DNA of 64,000 nt from contig CP084166.1 of assembly GCA_021513695.1 (NCBI GenBank), forward strand, positions 2,272,001-2,336,000, in the 5' to 3' direction. The DNA is from Candidatus Heimdallarchaeum aukensis (GTDB lineage Archaea; Asgardarchaeota; Heimdallarchaeia; Heimdallarchaeales; Heimdallarchaeaceae). Under the pieces are notes generated by a model, which saw nothing but the letters and a program-made list of their open reading frames with translations, had not been told where the DNA came from and ran no database searches. This document shows, piece by piece, positions 37,123 to 45,881 of the stretch. The position numbers were made by a program, and so were the translations under genes. Each line of letters begins with the position of its first letter. Within the stretch, counting starts at the first letter, position 1.

Positions 37123-37650
37123 ATGAATGAAACTCCCAAAGAGAAACATACGGTTAACAAAAACATTTCAATAAATGTTCAGCTTATAATGGTAAGTGAT
37201 TCTTTATCTAAAGCAGATGATATAACTAGAAAAAGAAACGATAAATCTGGAAATATAGCTAAAGATATGCTTGAAAAAGCAGGGATTTCTCCAGGAACTA
37301 TAATTTATGTAGAGGATAGCCTTGCAGAAATTCAGAAAAAAATAAAGCTAGCAGTTGAAGAAGGCAAAAATTTTATTATAACTATGGGTGGAACCGGAAT
37401 TAGCTCACGAGACGTAACTATTGAAGCAGTAAAACCTTTATTAACAAAACAGCTAGATGGTTTTGGAGAACTCTTCCGATCTCTAACATTTGAACAAGTA
37501 GGTACAGTTTCAATAATGACCCGTGCACTTGCAGGAATAATAAAACAATCACTTGTTGTTTCTCTCCCAGGTTCTCCAAATGCAGTTAAATTAGGAATAG
37601 ATATTATCTTAAAAGAGCTGATGCATATATTGAATTTAATTAGTAGATAG
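37123..37650 (+). CDS. moaB: MoaB/Mog-type molybdenum cofactor biosynthesis protein
   Basis: ITMGGTGISSRDVT and LPGSPNAV motifs. Alternative GTG start at 37114 overlaps the moeA stop. Confidence 0.8.
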   Translation: MNETPKEKHTVNKNISINVQLIMVSDSLSKADDITRKRNDKSGNIAKDMLEKAGISPGTIIYVEDSLAEIQKKIKLAVEEGKNFIITMGGTGISSRDVTIEAVKPLLTKQLDGFGELFRSLTFEQVGTVSIMTRALAGIIKQSLVVSLPGSPNAVKLGIDIILKELMHILNLISR

Positions 37651-37662
37651 TGAGATGAATAA

Positions 37663-38070
37663 ATGAGTAAAAAAAGAGCAACAAGTTACGAACGAAATCT
37701 GGGTGATAGATTTTGGAAGGAGGGATTCGCTGTTATGCGTGCCCCTTCTTCTTCAGGAACCTCTGTTTTTCCTAGGCCTGATCTACTTGTAGGGTCATCA
37801 AAAAAGAAGAAAATCTTTGCTATCGAACTTAAAACAGCAAGACAAGATACTTTTTACGTTACGAAGAAACAAATAAATGGATTAACTAAATTTTCTGAAA
37901 TCTTTGGGGCAATTCCTATTTTAGCTGTTAAATATGTGTCAAAACGTCTTCCTTTTCTTTTTCTTAAAATCCCTGACGATTTGATTGAAAGTCGAGGAGA
38001 GAGCTACGTCATAAATATAGAACATGTTACTAGGGTTGGAAAAAAATTGGAAGAACTAATTAGTGATTAA
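37663..38070 (+). CDS. hjc: Holliday junction resolvase Hjc
   Basis: SYERNLGDRFWKEGFAVMRAPSS...PDLLVG...AIELKT gives the E...PD...ExK catalytic pattern of Hjc. Confidence 0.8.
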   Translation: MSKKRATSYERNLGDRFWKEGFAVMRAPSSSGTSVFPRPDLLVGSSKKKKIFAIELKTARQDTFYVTKKQINGLTKFSEIFGAIPILAVKYVSKRLPFLFLKIPDDLIESRGESYVINIEHVTRVGKKLEELISD

Positions 38071-38179
38071 GTTAGTTTTTCTCTTTTCTTTTTATACTAA
38101 TTTCTTTATTAAAAAACTGACCAACCACTAAATTTAAAACAGTCTTTATGGCGAGGATTTAACCAGAGAAACAGAACGG

Positions 38180-38464
38180 ATGAACACTATGATTACAATA
38201 AAACGAGAAATAAAGTCACCTTTCAGTAATTACGGTTTTGAGAAAACCAGTAGTCAATACCAGGTGATTTTAACTTATTTAGAAACCAATGATGCAGAAA
38301 AGAGAAGAATTGGCTACGCACTTTCTATTCCGAAATTTGATGAATTACCAGATGGGCTTAAAGAAATAGTACGCCAAAAATGGTTTTCCGAACAAAAAAA
38401 AGAAAACTTTGAAAAAGAATTTTGCGCTTTATGTGACAAAGTTTTTCGTTTTCAACCAGAGTAG
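38180..38464 (+). CDS. hypothetical protein (94 aa)
   Basis: ORF only. No motif recognised. Confidence 0.35.
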   Translation: MNTMITIKREIKSPFSNYGFEKTSSQYQVILTYLETNDAEKRRIGYALSIPKFDELPDGLKEIVRQKWFSEQKKENFEKEFCALCDKVFRFQPE

Positions 38465-38523
38465 TTTGTATTCAAAGAACTTATATTTTTCCTCTTAGTT
38501 TTTTGATAAGGTGTGAAAAATAC

Positions 38524-39603
38524 TTGAAAATTCTAAGGCAAGATTATCGTCATGGCTATCTTGAACTAATTCCTGAAACCATAGATGATCTCTATGCTAT
38601 CTATCGTATTCTAAAACCAGGAGATAGAGTGCGTGCTTCAACAAAGAGGAGAATACGTAAAGATTCTGAAGATAGCCGAGCAGATTCTGGGGAAAGAGTC
38701 AAATTAGTTTTAGAAATTAAGGTTGAAAACATTTCCTTTGGAGATAACCTTAGTATTAAAGGACCTATTGTCGCGGGAAATGAAAATCTTATTTCCTTAG
38801 GTGAGTACCACACCATTGCTTTAAAAGAAATGGAAAAAGTCATAATTTATAAGGATCACTGGAATACTTCGGAGAAGCAGATAATTAGCGATATAGAAAA
38901 AGAATCTCGATTAGCTAAAATAGTAATTATTACTCTTGATGAAGGAAGCGTGTGTGTTGCTTTAGTTACACAATTCGCGGTAAAAATTGTTGCTGAAATT
39001 GATCATTCTATCACTCGTAAATTTTCTGATGCAAAACAGCATTCTTCTGCTTTAGGAAAGTTTTTCCAAGAGGTTCTTGAGATCATCAAAGAAGTCTATG
39101 AACAACACAATCCTCAAACGATTATTCTCGCTGGACCTGGCTTTACTCCAGAAAATTTTCTAGATTTTGTTAGAAAAAGAGATAATAGTTTAGCTCAAAA
39201 AATTCAATTTGTTCATGCTAATACTGGAGGACGAGTAGGTTTACATGAAGTTTTGTCCCGCAACCTTCCTGAAAAAATAGCTGAAGAACAAAGAGTAGTT
39301 TACGAAACCAGGTTACTTGAAGAATTCTTTAAGCGTGTAGGTAAAGATACTAACACTGTAACATATGGTTATGACAATGTAAAAAAGGCATTAGAAATGG
39401 GTGCTGTAGATACGTTAATGATTTCAGATGATAAATTGCGGATCTATGACGAAAAAGAGCGAGAAAAAGTTGAACAGCTTATAGAGCTTAATAGACAAAT
39501 GGGTGGAAAAACTGTGTTTTTTTCGACACAACATGAGACAGGAGAAAAGTTAAAATCATTGGGCGGTATCGTAGCGCTATTACGTTATTCAGTTGAGATA
39601 TGA
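38524..39603 (+). CDS. pelA: Pelota (Dom34) mRNA surveillance factor
   Basis: LKILRQDYRHGYLELIPETIDDLYAIYRIL matches canonical Pelota N-termini (MKIL...). TTG at 38524 is therefore favoured over the track's TTG at 38503. eRF1-like C-terminal domains. Confidence 0.85.
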   Translation: MKILRQDYRHGYLELIPETIDDLYAIYRILKPGDRVRASTKRRIRKDSEDSRADSGERVKLVLEIKVENISFGDNLSIKGPIVAGNENLISLGEYHTIALKEMEKVIIYKDHWNTSEKQIISDIEKESRLAKIVIITLDEGSVCVALVTQFAVKIVAEIDHSITRKFSDAKQHSSALGKFFQEVLEIIKEVYEQHNPQTIILAGPGFTPENFLDFVRKRDNSLAQKIQFVHANTGGRVGLHEVLSRNLPEKIAEEQRVVYETRLLEEFFKRVGKDTNTVTYGYDNVKKALEMGAVDTLMISDDKLRIYDEKEREKVEQLIELNRQMGGKTVFFSTQHETGEKLKSLGGIVALLRYSVEI

Positions 39604-40706
39604 CTTTTTTCAAAAAGGGGATCAAGGTAAGTAATAAACCCATTTTCCATAGGATATTGTTCAATTATAGCTATTTGGGATATCTTATCCTCAAATTTAT
39701 TTTTTAGAATTTCAGCTGTCTCTTTTATTATTAGTGAACTAGTGTAAATTGCCTTTTTTTCTATTTCAGCACTGAGCATGTCTTCAGAAACATATAACTC
39801 ATTTTTCATGTATTCCAATATATCTTTAATATCCTCTTTTTTATCTACAATTATTCTTCCTCTGACAATTAATCCTTCTTTTGTTATCCAGTCATGCTTT
39901 TTAGCATAGTTCTTTGCTCGTCGAATAAATCTATTACGCAGTTGTATTCTGTCTTTATACACTGAAGAGCAAAAATGTAAAGTGATGTTACTCTTTCTAA
40001 ATTTTTTTAATATCTTCAAAGCTAGTTCCTTACTTCCTTTTACTGCAGATTGTGTGTTAGAAACTGGTCTAAAATCCTTTTTCCTTAAGTTCTTGAAATT
40101 TGTTTCAGCAAATTCGAACTCATTTAAATTTACAAAATCTAACTTATTTTTAATTGCAAATTCTACAATATGTTCTATTTCTAATTTCTTTCCCGGTATA
40201 GCTGGTATCTCTATACCTACTTTCCAATTGTGTTTTGCAGCTTCTTTAATCGATTTTTCTATCTCTTCGCTTTTTTTTAATTGAGGAAAATGAAAACGAA
40301 TCTCATCTAGTCCTACACTATAAAGCATTTCCAGTTCTTCATTAGGTATGGCTCTTGCTGTGTAGAGGTGTATATGAAATTCTTTTCCAAATTCTTCTTT
40401 CAATCTCTGAATATAATTTAAAGTCCTTTCAATTTTGAGTGTTGGTTCTCCCCCAGTAATACTCGCTCCTAAAGCATTGATTTGTTTTGCTTCATCTATT
40501 GCTTCCTCCACTGCATCAATTTTTTGCTCATTAGCAAAAATTACGTCTGCTTTTCTTTGTGTACTGACAGGACAATAGTAGCAATTGAAAGGGCATTTAC
40601 CTGTAATAAAAATCACTAATTTAGAACCTAATGCGCATAGTTGACAACCTAAAGGGGGCTTACCCACTATTTTATTCTTTTTTGACCATGTTCGGACTTT
40701 TAACAT
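39585..40706 (-). CDS. radical SAM protein (PflA-related, COG2108-like)
   Basis: GKCPFNCYYCPVS cluster motif and ITGGEPTL. 19-nt convergent overlap with pelota. Confidence 0.65.
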   Translation of the reverse strand: MLKVRTWSKKNKIVGKPPLGCQLCALGSKLVIFITGKCPFNCYYCPVSTQRKADVIFANEQKIDAVEEAIDEAKQINALGASITGGEPTLKIERTLNYIQRLKEEFGKEFHIHLYTARAIPNEELEMLYSVGLDEIRFHFPQLKKSEEIEKSIKEAAKHNWKVGIEIPAIPGKKLEIEHIVEFAIKNKLDFVNLNEFEFAETNFKNLRKKDFRPVSNTQSAVKGSKELALKILKKFRKSNITLHFCSSVYKDRIQLRNRFIRRAKNYAKKHDWITKEGLIVRGRIIVDKKEDIKDILEYMKNELYVSEDMLSAEIEKKAIYTSSLIIKETAEILKNKFEDKISQIAIIEQYPMENGFITYLDPLFEKSHISTE

Positions 40707-40795
40707 CTGTTAAATAACAAACTTGGACAATATTATAAAGTATAGGATTTGTTTCTTCCAAAAAAGACTTATTGGTATCCTCCTTTTTTTCCTTA

Positions 40796-41743
40796 ATGAA
40801 ATGTACATTTTGCGGGACTGATGAAGTTGTCTACGTTCGTCCATATGATAAAATTGCCTTGTGCAAAGAACATTTCAACGAGCAGTTTGAAAGGAGAGTT
40901 AAGCGAACAATTAATCGTTATAAAATGTTTCAACGAAAAGACAAAATTGCAGTAGGAGTTTCTGGAGGAAAAGATAGTATAGCACTTCTTGATACACTTG
41001 TAAAAATCGAAAAGAATTTTCCCGAAAGTGAAATTATTGCTATAACAATAGATGAAGGTATTGAAGGATACAGAGAAGAAGGTTTGTATTACGCTAAAAA
41101 ACACGCAAAAAGGCTTAACGTTGAACACCATATCTTTTCTTTTGAAGAAGATTTTGGTTATTCTTTAGATGAAATTATAGCCATTTTAGGAGAGAGAGGA
41201 GGAAAAAACCGCGCTTATGGAGCTTGTTCATATTGTGGAATTTTACGAAGAAAAATACTTAATGCCGCAGCTAAAACAGTTGGGGCAAATGTAGTCGCAA
41301 CTGGACACAACCTTGAAGATGAAGCTGAAACAGTTCTTTTGAATATAATACGAGGAGATGTCAATCGTTTAAGCAGACAAAGTCCTTTCCCTAAGAAAGT
41401 TCACAAGGATTTAGTTCCAAGAGTGAAACCCTTTAGACTTACTCCTCAAGCAGAAATTGTAATGTATATGATTGTTAATGAATTAGAATATCAGGAAGTT
41501 GCATGCCCATATGCAGTTGAGGCATATAGAGGAAATGTTCGTGATTTTATATTTGAATCACAAAATTCACAACCCATGCTTTCGTTCAATATTGTGAAAG
41601 CTCAAGATAAACTAGTTCCATACTTAACAAGAAATAGAGATGAAACTAAAGCAAAAATTAAAAGTTGTAAAATGTGCGGTGATCCTTCTGCTAGTGAAAT
41701 ATGCAAGGCATGTAGCCTGAAAGAACAATTGTCTAATCTTTGA
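40796..41743 (+). CDS. tRNA 2-thiolation PP-loop ATPase (TtuA/Ncs6 family)
   Basis: PP-loop GVSGGKDS with N-terminal (CTFCG...CKEH) and C-terminal (CKMCG...CKAC) zinc fingers. ATG at 40796 preferred. Confidence 0.8.
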   Translation: MKCTFCGTDEVVYVRPYDKIALCKEHFNEQFERRVKRTINRYKMFQRKDKIAVGVSGGKDSIALLDTLVKIEKNFPESEIIAITIDEGIEGYREEGLYYAKKHAKRLNVEHHIFSFEEDFGYSLDEIIAILGERGGKNRAYGACSYCGILRRKILNAAAKTVGANVVATGHNLEDEAETVLLNIIRGDVNRLSRQSPFPKKVHKDLVPRVKPFRLTPQAEIVMYMIVNELEYQEVACPYAVEAYRGNVRDFIFESQNSQPMLSFNIVKAQDKLVPYLTRNRDETKAKIKSCKMCGDPSASEICKACSLKEQLSNL

Positions 41744-41762
41744 GAAAAAAATAGAAAAGAAG

Positions 41763-42404
41763 TTATCCTAAAGGAGCTCCGCAATTTGCACAAAAACTGT
41801 AAGAAGATTTTTGTTTTGCTCCACAATTGTCACAATAGACGAAACTTTCTGTTTTTTTAACAGTCTTTGAGGTGTAGGGTTGTGCATAAGCTGAAGAACT
41901 TGTGGGCGCGCTTGATACTCCAGTTTTTGCAGCTCCACCGTAAGGCTGGTATCCAGTGCTTTCATAATTCGCTGCTCTTATTACAGAACGAATAATTGAG
42001 CCTGCAATTATAAATATGAAAATAAATACAATAATTGGTACTATAAATGAAGTTTCATAAGATGTCGCAAGTGTGGATACAATTATTATTATGAAAATAA
42101 ACGCAATGAACATAAATATAGGCAAAAAGCAGAATCCACTGAAATAATGTCCGTGTCTATAGTGTCTTCGTCTATAATAGGGATAGATACCCCAACCTGC
42201 TCTGTGGTAGTGACGACTACTTGTATGTCTTCGTGTACTTCCAGCTCTTATTAATGAACCACTGGAGCGATGAAATGATCCTCCTCCTCTTGTTATTGAT
42301 CTTCCAAATGAAGAAGAACCTATTCGACTAAACGATCTACCACCAAAGCTTCTAGCTCCGCTGAAGCCTCCACCTGTTCTTGATATTCTTGGCATAACTA
42401 CCAC
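41763..42404 (-). CDS. membrane protein with N-terminal Arg/Gly/Ser-rich low-complexity region and C-terminal zinc ribbon
   Basis: RISRTGGGFSGARSFGGRSFSRIGSSSFGRSITRGGGSF..., two hydrophobic helices, and C-terminal CDNCGAKQKSSYSFCANCG. Confidence 0.55.
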   Translation of the reverse strand: MVVMPRISRTGGGFSGARSFGGRSFSRIGSSSFGRSITRGGGSFHRSSGSLIRAGSTRRHTSSRHYHRAGWGIYPYYRRRHYRHGHYFSGFCFLPIFMFIAFIFIIIIVSTLATSYETSFIVPIIVFIFIFIIAGSIIRSVIRAANYESTGYQPYGGAAKTGVSSAPTSSSAYAQPYTSKTVKKTESFVYCDNCGAKQKSSYSFCANCGAPLG

Positions 42405-42505
42405 GATACTATTTTTTTTGGAAGAATATAAAGTCTTCTAAATAGATTGACAAAAATGATAATTATAAAAGAATATTTAATATGGTAGAAAACAAAATCA
42501 TAATG

Positions 42506-42513
42506 TTTAAAAT
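42506..42513 (+). promoter_or_regulatory. TATA-like box (tttaaaat) for SRP RNA
   Basis: About 29 nt upstream of the first paired nucleotide of the SRP RNA, which fits archaeal TATA-to-TSS spacing. Confidence 0.4.
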
Positions 42514-42541
42514 CTCTTTACTTTTTCTAACATAAGAAGAT

Positions 42542-42873
42542 GCTGAGCTGATAGCAACAGCTAAAGTGGGAAGCTAGGGCTCTCCTGTAACCGGAAACGC
42601 TCTATATGCCGGGCTGAAAACTGCTGCTGAGGGCTCGTCGAGGAAGATACGCTCTGTCTGGAAAGCGTCGAAGCATCGCCCCATGAGATTGTGCACACCC
42701 GAGGCGCCTTTGGAGGAAGGTGTTAGAAGGGTTGAGATCAAAAAGGGTCAGGCACGGAAGTGAGCAGCCCTAAGATCGATGCATGATGCCCATGGCAAGC
42801 GGTGTGGAGCTTAAGGGCAGTAAAACGGCTTCCAAAACGGGTTCGAACAGCAGGCTGCTAAGATTAGTTCAGC
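42542..42873 (+). ncRNA. signal recognition particle (7S) RNA
   Basis: Sharp GC-rich island. Helix-8 motif GGGTCAGGCACGGAAGTGAGCAGCCCTAAG matches the universal SRP RNA core. 5' GCTGAGCTGAT pairs with 3' ATTAGTTCAGC (11 bp, 2 G-U). T6 run at 42883-42888 follows. Confidence 0.85.
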
Positions 42874-42977
42874 AGTCTTGTATTTTTTATTTAAGGAAAG
42901 AGTAAAATTAATTCTTTCTACAGCAACCAAAAAGTTATTTTATTAATATACCTTAACCTATCAAAGAAGAAAATAAG

Positions 42978-44132
42978 ATGGTCGTTATGAGTGGATATAG
43001 CCCTACTTGGACTTCAAAAGGCTCTGACAAATTAAGGATCCTTCAAGTCACAAAGATACTAATGAATATAATAGATAGATTGATCAATTCGATTGACGTA
43101 ACTGATGAAAAAACAAGAAATATGGTTGAAGGAATAATAGCGAACACAATTTATAATTATTTTACACCAAACAAAGATTTAGCGATCGAAAAACAGTATG
43201 AATATCTACTAGAATTCTTAGGTTGGAAATTAATTTCTATCGAAAAAAAAGATGATGATTCACTCTCATTAAGTTTAGGTGCAAATCGTTTTATTGATGA
43301 AGAAACAGATAATTTAGCATATAACGCAATTGTTTTAGGCATTGCAAAATCTATTGGATATTTCATTTTCAATAAAGATGTTAAAGTAGAATTGATGGTA
43401 AGTCAGTTTGATTCGACTCAAATAACTGCTCTAATTGAGCGAACTGATAAAGAAATAGCTGTTGAAACTCAAGAAAAGTTAGGTATTCAAATCTCAAAAG
43501 AAGAAGGAGAATTAGGAATCGAACAGAAACAAGCTCCAGCTACCAAAAAAACTCCTGCAATTGAAGTTAAGCCTGAATTAGAATTAGATGTTAAATCTAT
43601 ATTTTCTCCTATTCTTCAGAATTATCCACCCACATCAATTTTGCCTGTATTTCATAAAGTTTTATCTGAAATTGTTACAAGCTTCTTTTCAGAGATTGAA
43701 GACAGTCAAGTAATTAATGCAAAGGCATCGTATTCCGAAATAAACACCGTTTTCTTAATAGAATTTATACTTAGAACCTTACCAACTATTGGAAAAGATG
43801 TGAGTGAGATTGCTACTCTCGCAGGGCAATATCTAATTAAAGCTATACTTACAAAAACACCTGATGATATCATAAAATATTTACCAAAAGAACTTCTTTC
43901 TGAAATCTCTAGACGTGTATCTTATGTTGAATTTGGTGCGCGAGATTATTGTTCTTATGCTCCAGGAGAACGATGTGTTGAAGGGAAAAGAGATTTATGC
44001 GACTTTGTTCTATTTCTTTGGCAAGGAATGTTAGATTCTCTCATTCCTGAAAAAAAATTCAAACTTGGAGAACGCATTCCGGCAACAAGAAGAGGAAAAT
44101 TCTGTTTGGTGGAATTTATAAAACAACAGTAG
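42978..44132 (+). CDS. hypothetical protein with C-terminal V4R-like (TRAPP/Bet3-related) domain
   Basis: C-terminus YCSYAPGERCVEGKRDLCDFVLFLWQGMLDSL...RRGKFCLVEF follows the V4R pattern (C...C-x-F..G...G...G..C..E). The N-terminal half may hold a second degenerate copy. Confidence 0.5.
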   Translation: MVVMSGYSPTWTSKGSDKLRILQVTKILMNIIDRLINSIDVTDEKTRNMVEGIIANTIYNYFTPNKDLAIEKQYEYLLEFLGWKLISIEKKDDDSLSLSLGANRFIDEETDNLAYNAIVLGIAKSIGYFIFNKDVKVELMVSQFDSTQITALIERTDKEIAVETQEKLGIQISKEEGELGIEQKQAPATKKTPAIEVKPELELDVKSIFSPILQNYPPTSILPVFHKVLSEIVTSFFSEIEDSQVINAKASYSEINTVFLIEFILRTLPTIGKDVSEIATLAGQYLIKAILTKTPDDIIKYLPKELLSEISRRVSYVEFGARDYCSYAPGERCVEGKRDLCDFVLFLWQGMLDSLIPEKKFKLGERIPATRRGKFCLVEFIKQQ

Positions 44133-44142
44133 GTGTGAAAAA

Positions 44143-44604
44143 ATGGGTAGAAAAACAATAAAAAAAACATATAAGGATACATATGCAAGAGGACAAGTTG
44201 ATAAAAGTGAATTTCAAGGTAGATATTTTGTTAAAATAGAGCTTGTATCTCTGAAGGTACTGGAAGATAAAGATTTACTTGGAAATGAAAGTGAATTTTA
44301 TTTTAAAGTGGGAAGAATGTTACACAAGCATCGAATTCCTCAGAAAGGTACTATTAATTTAGAGAAAAATGAGGTTTTTCAGCCAACAGATGGGTTGACT
44401 TTATATACACAATTTATTCATAAACCTGAAAGGGGAACAATTGTGGTTCCTTTTCGTCTACGCGAAAGAGATCCATTGAAGGTGGATGACCACATTATTA
44501 AAACTAAGTTATCTATTCCTCTAGGATCTTCTGATTATATAGTTCTGGTAGAAAAATCTGTAAAAGTAAAACTAAAAATTTCAGCTTTGGAAACTCGATA
44601 CTAA
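44143..44604 (+). CDS. hypothetical protein (153 aa), probably all-beta
   Basis: Starts 10 nt after the previous stop, preceded by aggtg. Alternating hydrophobic pattern. No family recognised. Confidence 0.45.
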   Translation: MGRKTIKKTYKDTYARGQVDKSEFQGRYFVKIELVSLKVLEDKDLLGNESEFYFKVGRMLHKHRIPQKGTINLEKNEVFQPTDGLTLYTQFIHKPERGTIVVPFRLRERDPLKVDDHIIKTKLSIPLGSSDYIVLVEKSVKVKLKISALETRY

Positions 44605-44616
44605 AATAACAAATTC

Positions 44617-45828
44617 TTACCATTTATTTTTTTTAAAAATAAATTTCAACCCTGTTTTCATGAAGAAAGGCCAAAGTTCTAATTTTGTTAATAACTTCCA
44701 AACTATGGCCTGTTGATTATCTACATCTCCTTTAGATGTAAATATTTGTTTATACTTTGGTTTATTGAATATTTTTAGTAGATTATCGATGTCTTTGTCA
44801 TCTAAAGAATCTAAATATTGTCTAACAAGCTTCATTATGAAAAGATTTCTAGCAAATTCCTTTTTCCACCTTTTTTCATACTGCTTTAGGAATGATTTTT
44901 TATAATTTTCTTCGATTATTGCTTTTGCAGCTATCTCTCCCGCAATTCTGGCTGCTATACCCCCTAAAATTACACCGCCCCCTGTCGTAGGTTTCGTCTG
45001 TCCTGCTGCATCTCCAACAACTAAGATATTATCAGTATAGCTTCTGTTAATATAAGATCCTAATGGTATCGCTCCACTCATTTCTCTCAAAATTTTTGCA
45101 GAATAAAATCTCTCCTTCAATAGTTCGCTATTTATAAAATTTCTCAAATATTTTTTTGCTGGTCGATATCTAGTTCCTATTCCTACCTTTGCCACACTAT
45201 TGTCTATTGGAATAATCCACCCAAAGAAACCTGGGGCATATTTTGATATCTGATATAACTCCACATATCTTTTATCTAAATTTTCTATACCATCAATTAT
45301 AAATTGCGAAGCAAAGATTATCTCATCAGGATTAGATAATCCGACTTGAGAATTAAGTTTAGGAAATCTTCCTTCTGCTAGAATCGAAACTTTAGTTGTT
45401 ATTCTACTCTCTTTAGCTTGTTTTCCTAACACTAATTCAATATTTTCTGATTTTCTGTGTATATTTTTAACCCTTGAATTTGTTCTTATTTCTATTCCAT
45501 TATCATGTGCAATTGATGCCAAATATCTGTTAAACTTACTTCTATCTACTACAAGTGCATGATTTGAATTTTTTTCAACTACTAACTCTGTTCCATTAGC
45601 AGAAAATATTTTGGCTCCTATTATTTCCTTGTTTTGAATAATTTCTGATGGTAATTTGTTGAGACCTATTTTTTCTAACCCTTCTATACTTAGTAATCCT
45701 GCACAGTGTTCAGTAATTCCTATTTCTTTTTTGGATTCAAGTACTAGAACATCTACATCATATTTACTCGCTTCAATTGCAGATAGTAGTCCAGCTGGTC
45801 CTCCACCAATAACAACGATTTTTTTCAT
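44617..45828 (-). CDS. geranylgeranyl reductase family flavoprotein
   Basis: N-terminal VVIGGGPAGLLSA dinucleotide fold, VVGDAAGQTKPTTGGG. Length typical of archaeal lipid GGR. Confidence 0.8.
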   Translation of the reverse strand: MKKIVVIGGGPAGLLSAIEASKYDVDVLVLESKKEIGITEHCAGLLSIEGLEKIGLNKLPSEIIQNKEIIGAKIFSANGTELVVEKNSNHALVVDRSKFNRYLASIAHDNGIEIRTNSRVKNIHRKSENIELVLGKQAKESRITTKVSILAEGRFPKLNSQVGLSNPDEIIFASQFIIDGIENLDKRYVELYQISKYAPGFFGWIIPIDNSVAKVGIGTRYRPAKKYLRNFINSELLKERFYSAKILREMSGAIPLGSYINRSYTDNILVVGDAAGQTKPTTGGGVILGGIAARIAGEIAAKAIIEENYKKSFLKQYEKRWKKEFARNLFIMKLVRQYLDSLDDKDIDNLLKIFNKPKYKQIFTSKGDVDNQQAIVWKLLTKLELWPFFMKTGLKFIFKKNKW

Positions 45829-45881
45829 TAAGAATGAAGAAAACTAACTATTCAAAAATAATGTTGTCCTATTATAAAAAA

